Assembly (NCBI GenBank): GCA_958296295.1
Contig: OY282460.1
Coordinates: forward strand, 3,330,291-3,394,290
Reading direction: 5' to 3'
DNA: 64,000 bases
From: an uncultured Pseudomonadales bacterium
Lineage (GTDB): Bacteria > Pseudomonadota > Gammaproteobacteria > Pseudomonadales > Azotimanducaceae
Position 1 is the stretch's first letter. Each line of letters starts with the position of its first letter. Under the pieces are notes generated by a model. That model made no database searches. It saw nothing but the letters and a program-made list of their open reading frames with translations, and was not told where the DNA came from. The position numbers and the translations under genes were made by a program. This document shows, in pieces, positions 9,283 through 17,405 of the stretch.

Positions 9283-10049
9283 CGCTGCAAGCGGATGGAG
9301 TGACGCTGCGTCTCGGCGCGGTGCAGGTGTTGAAGGACGTCTCCTTGCAATTGGCCGCCGGCACCGTCACGGCGCTGGTCGGGCCCAACGGTGCCGGCAA
9401 GTCCAGTCTGCTGCGAGTGCTGAGCGGCGAAATCGCTTCGCGACAGGTCTTCATGGATAGTAGGCCATTGGCGGAAGTAGGCATCCGCGACTTGGCGCGG
9501 CGACGCAGCGTGATGACCCAGTCCACGAGCATGGCGTTCGACTTCCTAGTGGCGGAGGTGTTGGCGATGGGCTGGGTTGGCGGTGCGCGGGAGCTGGGTG
9601 CCGTTGCGCTGAATGAAGTGGCGCGCGATTGTCTCGTCGATCACTTGCTTGAGCGACGGTTCAACACGCTCTCCGGCGGCAAGCGACAGCGCGTGCAGTT
9701 CGCCCGCTGCCGTTTGCAGATTTGGCGCCGGAACGACAGCGGCCCCGGCAGCCGCTACCTGCTCCTCGACGAACCCACATCGAGCCTCGATCTCGACCAT
9801 GAGCTGCTCGTGCTGCGCCAGGCGCGTCGCGTCAGCGCCGAGAACGTGGGCGTGCTGGTGGTCCTGCACGACCTCAACCAGGCGGCCCGATTCGCGGATC
9901 AGGTGGCGCTTCTGGCCAACGGCGCGATGGTCGCGTCGGGGCCGCCGGAGGCGGTGCTGACGAGCACGACGCTGAGCCGCGTCTACAGAACGGCCGTATG
10001 CGTGGAACGTCACCCCCGGCTGGGCCGGCTCGTGATCCACACCGAATGA
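9279..10049 (+). CDS. hmuV: Heme ABC transporter ATP-binding protein
   Basis: ATGA overlap with the permease stop. Walker A GPNGAGKSS, signature LSGGKRQRV, Walker B LLLDEPTSSLD. The track ORF 8097-10049 is an artefactual upstream extension. Confidence 0.85.
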   Translation: MTLQADGVTLRLGAVQVLKDVSLQLAAGTVTALVGPNGAGKSSLLRVLSGEIASRQVFMDSRPLAEVGIRDLARRRSVMTQSTSMAFDFLVAEVLAMGWVGGARELGAVALNEVARDCLVDHLLERRFNTLSGGKRQRVQFARCRLQIWRRNDSGPGSRYLLLDEPTSSLDLDHELLVLRQARRVSAENVGVLVVLHDLNQAARFADQVALLANGAMVASGPPEAVLTSTTLSRVYRTAVCVERHPRLGRLVIHTE

Positions 10050-10098
10050 ACGACTTGCCGAATGACAACCACCGATTGAACCACTTGGGAGAAACACC

Positions 10099-10401
10099 AT
10101 GTTCATTGCCATGAACCGCTTTCGGATCGCTCCGGGCTTCGAGGACGACTTCGAGGAACTCTGGCGACAGCGGGATTCGTACTTGGCCGAAGTGCCCGGC
10201 TTCGTGTCCTTCGCGCTGCTGAGAGGCGCCGCGCACGACGACCATGTGCTGTACGCCTCGCACACGATTTGGGAATCCAAGGCGGCTTTCGAGGCGTGGA
10301 CCCGCTCCGAGCACTTCCGCAAGGCGCATGCGCAACGCAGCGCTCCCAAGGGCACCTATCTTGGACACCCGGACTTGGAGCTGTTCGACGCGGTGCTGTA
10401 G
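10099..10401 (+). CDS. ABM-domain monooxygenase, candidate IsdG/HmuQ-type heme-degrading enzyme
   Basis: 100-aa dimeric alpha+beta-barrel type protein (MFIAMNRFRI..FEELW..FVSFALLRG..TIWESKAAFEAWTRSEHFRKAH). The heme role is inferred from its position at the end of the uptake cluster. Confidence 0.6.
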   Translation: MFIAMNRFRIAPGFEDDFEELWRQRDSYLAEVPGFVSFALLRGAAHDDHVLYASHTIWESKAAFEAWTRSEHFRKAHAQRSAPKGTYLGHPDLELFDAVL

Positions 10402-10482
10402 CGGTTTGCGCCCGCACTGCCACAGCAAGCGGGCGGTTGTATTCACCGCACTCGAGCCGGCGGCAAGCAGTTTCGGCGGATC

Positions 10483-11478
10483 CTACGGCCGGCCGTCCAC
10501 CGGCGGCAGGTAGGTGGTGCCCACCGTGCGGCCGCCGTTGCCGTTCGGTCGGTTCATGTTGCCGGCGAGCGCTCGATGGCCGATGCGCACGGCTTCGCCC
10601 AACGTGACCAGCGCCAACCGGCCCAGGTAATCGCTGAACGCTCTGAGGTCGCCAGTGTTGGCGGTCTCCAAAACGCCGATGTAGTCGCTTCGTCCGACCG
10701 CGGTGATGACCGGCGGCGGCTCGCCGCGGCGGATGAAGGCGTAGGCCATGAGCATCCGCGACACCCGGCCGTTGCCGTCCTGGAACGGGTGCGTGCGCAC
10801 GAAACGGTGGTGCATCCACGCCGCTTCCACGTACACCGGGTAGCGTTCGCGCTCCACCTCGGCGTGCAGGGCGAAGAAGCGGTCCATCTCGTCCTGCACC
10901 AGCTCCGGCGGGCAGTATTCGTGCATCACGCCATCCGGCCGGCGCGGGTTGTTGGGGCGGTTTTTCCAGACGCCCTTGCGGCGGAACGGCACCCGCACCC
11001 GGCGGCCGTCGGCGGTCAGGCCGGCGACCGTCTCCTGATGCCGCGTCACCAGCTGGTGCCATGTTCTCACCGCGTGCCGCGTGAGGGGCCGGCCGCTGGC
11101 CACGCCCTCGAACAGCATGTTGTAGGCCGTCTCCTGATCCGCGAGCAGGCCCTTGATGGTGCGGTCCTCGACGTTCTCCACCGCGTGCGAACGCACTGCG
11201 CCGGCGAGGCCCTCGGCGACGAGTCGCTCGGTGATGCCCGCTTTGAGGGTGTAGAGGCCCTCGATCTGACCGGTTTCGATGGCGAACGCCCGACCGCGCT
11301 CCTCCAGCCACTTGTCTAGGAAGGCGCGGGGTTCGTCGCGGTCTTTCAGACTGGCGCGGATGGACGCCCACTCTTCGCTGAGCTCCGCGTAGCCCGGCAC
11401 CAGCCAGCCGCGGGCACCGTCGGGCATGCCGGTGAGCGGGCGCCAGATTTCCGAGGGTTGTTGGTTCGGGAGGCGCAT
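10483..11478 (-). CDS. Fic-domain protein, copy 2 (intact, class II type)
   Basis: MRLPNQQPSEIWRPLTGMPDGARGWLVPGYAELSEEW.. with TGQIEG inhibitory motif and HPFQDGNGRVSR Fic motif. ATG at 11478 preferred over the alternative start at 11517. Confidence 0.85.
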   Translation of the reverse strand: MRLPNQQPSEIWRPLTGMPDGARGWLVPGYAELSEEWASIRASLKDRDEPRAFLDKWLEERGRAFAIETGQIEGLYTLKAGITERLVAEGLAGAVRSHAVENVEDRTIKGLLADQETAYNMLFEGVASGRPLTRHAVRTWHQLVTRHQETVAGLTADGRRVRVPFRRKGVWKNRPNNPRRPDGVMHEYCPPELVQDEMDRFFALHAEVERERYPVYVEAAWMHHRFVRTHPFQDGNGRVSRMLMAYAFIRRGEPPPVITAVGRSDYIGVLETANTGDLRAFSDYLGRLALVTLGEAVRIGHRALAGNMNRPNGNGGRTVGTTYLPPVDGRP

Positions 11479-11489
11479 GGCGACCCTCC
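10483..11489. repeat. Direct repeat copy B (~1 kb, Fic gene plus leader)
   Basis: See copy A. Same orientation, 6.8 kb apart. Confidence 0.9.
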
Positions 11490-11639
11490 ACGGGCTGCGT
11501 GCGTGAGCAGCCGTCAAACGTGCGGATGTGCGAAAAGCACGGCGCGAGCGAAGGAATTGTACGCCTGATCGCCCCTAGCCGTGGCTCGCGACTTGCGATT
11601 GAAAGGTGCGGCGCAATCTAGCCAACGACGCCAGCGCAA

Positions 11640-14600
11640 TCACTGCTTTGGCACGGTGGAGAGGTTGGTCAGGTGGCCCGTCGGACTTAACATGAGGCTC
11701 ATCACCGTCAGTGGCGGATCCGATTCCACCGCCAACCGCCACTTGCCAGCGCCGTCGCCTAGCTCCCCTTCCAGATTGGCGGCACCGTCGCCAAGCGTGG
11801 CTCGATCTTCACGCGATTCCAGCTGCGGCGCCGTCAACCTCAACGCCTCGTTCGCCGGCACCGTCACATACATGGGGCCGCCTGGCTGGCCGGCATCGTC
11901 CACGCCGGAAATCGTCGCCCGGGTGTCCGCGTCGCTATTGTTCACCAGCCGCAGCAGGCTTTGCTGGCGCCGGTTCGAGGCCGGATTGAAGACCGCCACA
12001 CGCGCCGCGCCGTCCGAAAAAGGCGCGACATCGTGCATGCTGGACAGGAAGCCGTCCCGCGTGCGGATGTAGGCGCTCACGCGAATTTCCAAATCGGAGG
12101 AAAGTTCCAGCCGCCACCCGCCTTCCGTGGGCGCGCCCACGCCCTGGGGAATGCCCTTGCCCGCGTTGCCGCGCTCCAAATCGCGGGAGTTGAAGTGCGC
12201 CGTTTCCCTCCCGTCCAACGAAAGGGAAACCGGGCCAATCCGCACTCCGGCATCGTCCACCGCCCAAATCTCGACGTCTCCAGAACGGTAGCTGAGATTC
12301 GACACCCGCGCGAAGCCATGCCGACCCGTCTCGTCGTCCGCCGCTGGGTCCGCCGGGAATAGCGGAACGCGCCACCGTCCATCCGCGCCGGCCCGGGGAG
12401 CCGTTGACAAGTTCGTCAGGTGGCCCGTCGGACTCGACAGCAGGCTCATTGCCTCCGTGGGCCAACCCGTCTCTACGGCGAGCCGCCACTTCCCCTCGCC
12501 GTCGCGCAATCTTTCCGGTTGCTCCAGATCAGTGGCCCAAAAGGTCTTCACGCCACGCGAGGGAAGGTTGAAAAAGAAGCGGTTGCCCGCGCCTCGCCAA
12601 CCTTCGTCGTCCACGCCGTGAACGGCCGCCTGCAATGCGCCAAAACGAGGGTCGAGGAAAGATGGGTGGATGATCCGCAACGAACTCCGCTGCCGCGAAT
12701 TGCTCGCGGGATTGAATGTCGCGGCTTGCAGCCTGTATAGCAAACCAAAGTCCCGGGTCTTTGGCAGCAGGTCGTGCATGCTTGTCAGAAAGCCGTCCGC
12801 CGTGCGCACATACGCCAGCACCTCGATGTCGAGGGTGGACTCCAGCTCGAGCCGCCAATTCCCCGCTTTCGGCGTTCCGACCCCCGCCGGCAGACCCTTG
12901 ACCGGGTTGCCCCGCTCGAGGTCGCCCGAGTTGAAGTGCGTCGTTTGCGATCCACCCAGATCCAGTCGCACCGCTTCTGGTTGGTAGCCGGAGTCGTCCA
13001 CCGCATGGATTAGAACCGTCCCTTGGGCGTCCGACCGGTTCACTACCCGCACGAAGCCTTGCCGGCCGTTTGGATCGGCCGCGGCCGGCATCAGGGGCAC
13101 GAACCAGCCGGCGAAGACCGTCACGCCGTCCGCACGCAATGCCGGGACGTGTTGTTCTAGCGAATCCCGGCTCAAGGGATTGCCGCGCAGGCCGACACTG
13201 GCCTCCTGAAACCAATCGGCCTCCGTTAGCGCCTCGATGTCCTCGATCCGGTTGTGCTCCAATCGCAAAGCCAAGAAGGAATGCCCGGAAAGCGGCGTCA
13301 AGTCCGCTATGGAGTTGCCCTTGAGGTCGAGCCACGTCAGCGTCGCCAAGCCGGAGAGCGGCTGAAGGTTCCGGACCGAATTGCCGTCCAGGTAGAGCGC
13401 CCCCAGCATGCTCAGGCCGGCTAGCGGGCCAACGGTCGAGATCGAGTTGTTGGAAAGGTCGAGGTTTCGCAGATCCAACAAGCCTGCAAGCGGCGAGACG
13501 TCCGCAAGCGCGTTGTCCGAGAGGTCGAGAGTCCGCAGCTGCACCAAGCCTGCAAGCCGCGAGACGTTCGCAAGAGCATTGTCCGAGAGGTCGAGATAGA
13601 CCAGACTTGGCAGCTCCGAAAGCGAAAGGCTCGTGATCGCGTTGCCGCTGAGGAAGACTCGTTTCAGCAGCGGCATGTCCGACACGGCGAGGTCCACAAT
13701 AGAGTTGTCGCTCAAGTCGATCTCTTCCAGCACCGGCAGATCCGACAGCGAGAACTTCACGATCGAATTGCCGGAGATGCCGAGTTCCCTAAGCGCTTTC
13801 AAGCCCGACAACGACGGGACCTCCGAAATCAAGTTGGAGAAAAGGCCGAGTTCCTCCAATGCCGTCAAGCCGCTCAACGGCGAGATGTCCTCGATCAAGT
13901 TGGCCGACAGGACGAGGATCACCAGCGCCTCCAGATTCGCCAGCACGGAGATGTCCGAGACCGAGTTGTTGAAAAGGTCTAGAAATTGCAGCTTCGTCAT
14001 GTCGGTCAGCGGTGCGAGGTTCGTAATCGAATTGTCCGCCAGGTTGAGCCATGTCAACGCCGTCAAGCCAGCCAGCGGCGAGATGTCCGTGATCGAATTG
14101 TCCGCCACTACTAGAGTTTTCAGAGCCGTCATGCGCGCCAGCGGTGAGATTTCGGCGATCGAGTTGCCGTTCAGGCCAAGCGTTGTCAGCGCCGTCAAGC
14201 TGGCCAGGGGCGCGATGCGCTCAATCGAATTGTCGACGAGATGGAGCTCCGTCAACGCCGTCAACGTGGCCAGCGGCGACACATCCGCGATGGAGTTGCG
14301 GCTCAGCCCCAGCGCTGTCAGCTTGGCCAAGGTGGCGAGCGGCGCAACATCTTCAATGGAGTTGCTGTCCAGCGCGAGCGATTTCAGCTCGGTCAAGGCA
14401 CCGAGCAGCGACACGTCGGTGATCGAGTTGCTGGCGAGCTGCAGCGTTGTCAACTTGGTCAGGGCGTCCAGCCCGGACAAGTCGGCGACGGAGTTGTTGT
14501 TAAGGTTGAGCGACTGGAGCTTCGTCAAGGGGGCGAGTGGCGAGAGGTCGGCGATCGATTTATTGCCGTCCAAGGCGAGCGATGTCAGCGCCGTCAAGCC

Positions 14601-15395
14601 AGCTAGGGCCGAGACGTCCGCGATGGCATTGTTCGCGAGGTTGAGCGATGTCAGCGCCGTCAACCCGGACAGCGGCGAGAGGTCCGCGATCACATTGGAG
14701 TCTAGGCGAAGCGATGTCAGCGCCGTCACGCCGGAGAGGGGCGAGAGGTCCGAAACCCCGTTCAGGCTGAGCAACAAGGATCGTAGATTGACCGCGTGTT
14801 CAAGCCCGCGCAAACTGGTGACGCCCGCGAAAGACGCGTTGAGCGCCGCGAGCGTCGCCATGTCGCCCTGCGTGATGGTCGCGCCACCACCTTTCTTCAA
14901 ACCCCTTTCGATCACGCCGCGCAGCGCAGCGTCGGGAATGGTCACTGCGGTTGCCGGGGAACTCGCCAACGATGCCCAGACCCGGCCCGTCGCGCCTTCC
15001 CCGTCGCTGCTCACCGCCCGCACCTCGAAGGCGTAGCGCATGCCGTTCGCGAGGCCCGTCACGGTGGCCTCCGTGGTGGTCGCACCGCTGCCGCTCACCG
15101 TGCTCCAAGAACCGAAGGCGGGATCCGCTCCGGTGCCGTGGCGCACCTCGTAGCGCGTGATCGCATCGTCCGACGGGTCTTTCCACGTCAGCGTCGCCTC
15201 GGCGTCGCCGGGGGCCACCGCCAAGTCGGCCGGGGCCGCCGGCTGCGCCCAAACGCCGAACGAGGCCACCGCCACCAAGAGACAGCAGAACCCGGGGAAG
15301 GCCGTGCCGGGCGAATGGGACGAGCGCTGGATCAACCGCCGCCTGGTCAAACGCCCGCCTTGGCAAGAGTGGGAGGAAAAACGTAGCGGTCGCAT
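11640..15395 (-). CDS. Large secreted FN3 + leucine-rich-repeat protein with four C-terminal beta-rich modules
   Basis: Start moved to the ATG at 15395 (MRPLRF..., hydrophobic signal-like FPGFCCLLVAVASFGVWA). One FN3 domain (ATLTWKDPSDDAITRYEVRH..YAFEVRAVSSDGEG). About 25 internalin-like 22-aa LRRs (L..L..L.L..N.I.D(L/V)SPL.). The C-terminus has an A-B-A-B module set, with ..SPTGHLTNLST ending both B modules. Confidence 0.85.
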   Translation of the reverse strand: MRPLRFSSHSCQGGRLTRRRLIQRSSHSPGTAFPGFCCLLVAVASFGVWAQPAAPADLAVAPGDAEATLTWKDPSDDAITRYEVRHGTGADPAFGSWSTVSGSGATTTEATVTGLANGMRYAFEVRAVSSDGEGATGRVWASLASSPATAVTIPDAALRGVIERGLKKGGGATITQGDMATLAALNASFAGVTSLRGLEHAVNLRSLLLSLNGVSDLSPLSGVTALTSLRLDSNVIADLSPLSGLTALTSLNLANNAIADVSALAGLTALTSLALDGNKSIADLSPLAPLTKLQSLNLNNNSVADLSGLDALTKLTTLQLASNSITDVSLLGALTELKSLALDSNSIEDVAPLATLAKLTALGLSRNSIADVSPLATLTALTELHLVDNSIERIAPLASLTALTTLGLNGNSIAEISPLARMTALKTLVVADNSITDISPLAGLTALTWLNLADNSITNLAPLTDMTKLQFLDLFNNSVSDISVLANLEALVILVLSANLIEDISPLSGLTALEELGLFSNLISEVPSLSGLKALRELGISGNSIVKFSLSDLPVLEEIDLSDNSIVDLAVSDMPLLKRVFLSGNAITSLSLSELPSLVYLDLSDNALANVSRLAGLVQLRTLDLSDNALADVSPLAGLLDLRNLDLSNNSISTVGPLAGLSMLGALYLDGNSVRNLQPLSGLATLTWLDLKGNSIADLTPLSGHSFLALRLEHNRIEDIEALTEADWFQEASVGLRGNPLSRDSLEQHVPALRADGVTVFAGWFVPLMPAAADPNGRQGFVRVVNRSDAQGTVLIHAVDDSGYQPEAVRLDLGGSQTTHFNSGDLERGNPVKGLPAGVGTPKAGNWRLELESTLDIEVLAYVRTADGFLTSMHDLLPKTRDFGLLYRLQAATFNPASNSRQRSSLRIIHPSFLDPRFGALQAAVHGVDDEGWRGAGNRFFFNLPSRGVKTFWATDLEQPERLRDGEGKWRLAVETGWPTEAMSLLSSPTGHLTNLSTAPRAGADGRWRVPLFPADPAADDETGRHGFARVSNLSYRSGDVEIWAVDDAGVRIGPVSLSLDGRETAHFNSRDLERGNAGKGIPQGVGAPTEGGWRLELSSDLEIRVSAYIRTRDGFLSSMHDVAPFSDGAARVAVFNPASNRRQQSLLRLVNNSDADTRATISGVDDAGQPGGPMYVTVPANEALRLTAPQLESREDRATLGDGAANLEGELGDGAGKWRLAVESDPPLTVMSLMLSPTGHLTNLSTVPKQ
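13158..14855 (-). repeat. Coding tandem repeat: ~66-bp (22-codon) LRR periodicity, ~25 units
   Basis: Repeated ..LTALTSL.L..NSI.D(V/L)SPLA.. units in the translation. The units are imperfect at DNA level. Confidence 0.8.
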
Positions 15396-15615
15396 GGTCG
15401 AACTCCGTTGCCGGTAGTGGTGCAACTCCGTCGCCCCGCCCCGCAGGGCACACCTACTACTGACAACCTGTTCACACCGTTTGTTCCCATCGTGGCGATC
15501 GCCTCGCGACGCGTCACCGCATCGCGTTAGCCCGCCTCCGGTTGGGCTCGGCAAGCCCGGTGGTCGCGTGCCATCCTCGGCCCTCCCGCCCGCCCGCCCT
15601 CCCGCCGCCCGCTCC

Positions 15616-17247
15616 GGGTGTACGACAAAAAGTAGGTCAGTGGTCACTCACGTGGGTCTCTCAGGCGGCGAGCCGGTCGTTCCAGTAGTCGTCGAACCAG
15701 CCGCCGAGCCGCGCGCGGCGGAGCCAGAGCACGGGATTGGCGCCGGCGACGGTCCAGCGCATGCCGGCGCATTTCATTCGCCGGCCCACGACGGTCTTGC
15801 AGGCCGCCTCGACCCGCCCGGAGCCGATGGGCAGCCCGCGGCGGAGACAGTCGTCGTGGCGCATCCGGTCGCGGCGCTCGGCGACGTGGGCCGCGACCCG
15901 CTCGCACTCGGGCAGGCCGGCGCCGCGCTGGCGCGGTTCCGCCAGCACGTCGTCGACGCGGCCGGCCTGGGCATCCCGCACAGCTTCCTCGCCCACGCCG
16001 CGGCCAGGTCGCCGGGGCCGTGGCGGGCGCGCGCCGCGGCCCACAGGTGCTCCGCCGCGTGGTAGTGGTCCACGACGCGCTCGGACTTCGGGAACCAGTC
16101 GTCGAACAGCCGCCGCACCCGGCCGGCGCCGTCGCCGACCGCGAAGCCGACGTCCTCCAGCGCGTGGCCCGCCGCCGCCAGTTCGCGCAGCAGGCGGCGC
16201 TCGAACTCCGACTCCCCGCCGGGCGTCTCCGCCGCGCTCTCCACGGCCGCGAACAGCACCACCGAACCCGGCACCGTGCGCGGGCGGCCCCCGCCGTCCC
16301 GCTCCGACACCCACAGGGCGCCCACCTTGGCCTCCCGCGTGGCGGCCCGTTCGCCATTCTTCCCGGCGCGCCCGACGGTCTCCGACGGCCTCGCCGGCAC
16401 TCCCGTGCCGTCCAGCGCGCAGCACAAAGTCCGCCCCTCCTTCAACGACTTGCGCTCCGGCGGCGCCGGCGCCGGCGAGCCCGCGGCCGCCGGCTCCAGC
16501 GCCGCCTTCCGCCGCGCCTCCAGGTCCGCGCCCACCGCCCGCGTCGTCCGCTCGATCCGCTTCGCGCCCAAGTTCAGACCCGCCAACTCGCGCACCAGCT
16601 CGTCGGCCCGCTCGTGGCACGCCTCCGAACCCGCCACGCTCGCCAGCCGCCGCGCCGCCAGCGTCATCGAACCCCGGATGTCCAGCAGCCGCCCGCGCGG
16701 GCGCGAGCTGCGCCCGCACTCCCGGCACGCCCGCCGCGCCATCTCCACCCGCACGGCGCCCACCACCGTTTCCACCGCCGCCTTCCCGCGCCGCGACAGC
16801 CGCGTCCGGCCCCCGCAGTCCGGACACGTCCCGGGCGCCGTGTCGTCCCTCCCGCACGCCACCCCCAGACCCCGGCACGCCACCCCCAGACCCCGGCGCG
16901 CCGACTCCAACGCCGCCGCCCGCAGCCGGCTGTCCAGCAGCGCCGCCGGCGCCGAACCGGGCTCCGAACACGCCAGTTCCAGCGTCGCGAACCTCGCCAT
17001 CGTCGCGTCCAGTTCCCGGCGCACCTCGTCCCGCGCCTCCCGCGCCTCTTCGCGCTTGCGTTTCCCGTCCAACTCGTCGACAGTTCTCTTCGCCATGGCC
17101 GGGCCTCCTTGCCCTTGATCGCTTTTGGGAAAACACCAAGAGTACCGAGGCCCGCCTTGGCTCCCGACTCTCCGAACGCGCCGATCGTCACCGACCCGGT
17201 GATCAACTCGCGTGAGTGACCACTGACCTACTTTTTGTCGTACACCC
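15616..17247 (-). mobile_element. ISKra4-family-like insertion sequence (1632 bp) with perfect terminal inverted repeats and target-site duplication
   Basis: IRL 15616-15652 GGGTGTACGACAAAAAGTAGGTCAGTGGTCACTCACG is the exact reverse complement of IRR 17211-17247. It is flanked by direct GCCCGCTCC at 15607-15615 and 17248-17256. The family call rests on the transposase C-terminus. Confidence 0.85.
15661..17096 (-). pseudogene. IS transposase (ISKra4-like), reading frame interrupted
   Basis: The N-terminal ~370 aa (MAKRTVDELDGKRKREE...CPDCGG...VVDHYHAAEHLWAAA..AAAWARKLCG) are in one frame. The conserved C-terminus (..AGRVDDVLAE...LPIGSGRVEAACKTVVGRRMKCAGMRWTVAGANPVLWLRRARLGGWFDDYW) is in the -1 frame. 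Span length is 1436 nt, not a multiple of 3. Switch point is near 15970-15985. Confidence 0.7.
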
Positions 17248-17405
17248 GCCCGCTCCGTGCCGCTTGCGTGTCCTAGCGGAAGGGCCTTACAATGTCTCCC
17301 CGACGCCAAAGCACGGGCCGATGCCTGCGTTGTCGTGGCGAAAGGACACATCGACAGCCTAGGAGGCCCCGCCTGCGGCGGCGGCAACGCCGGCCGCCAA
17401 ACTCG

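Noticed and set aside
8097-10049. 650-aa ORF suggesting a large fusion protein across hmuU and hmuV.
   Set aside because: Only the last ~256 codons (from the ATG at 9279, in an ATGA overlap with hmuU) have ABC ATPase motifs. The upstream part is an alternative frame of the permease gene.
13158-14855. Regular ~66-bp periodicity that could be mistaken for a CRISPR-like or satellite array.
   Set aside because: The periodicity is in frame within a long ORF and encodes canonical LRR units. The units are degenerate at DNA level and have no unique spacers.
15960-15990. Programmed -1 ribosomal frameshift in the IS transposase.
   Set aside because: There is no slippery heptamer (A AAA AAG-type) or obvious downstream structure at the frame switch, which lies around CTGTGCGGGATGCCCAGG. 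As far as I recall, this IS family encodes a single ORF. Mutation or sequencing error is the simpler explanation, though unproven.
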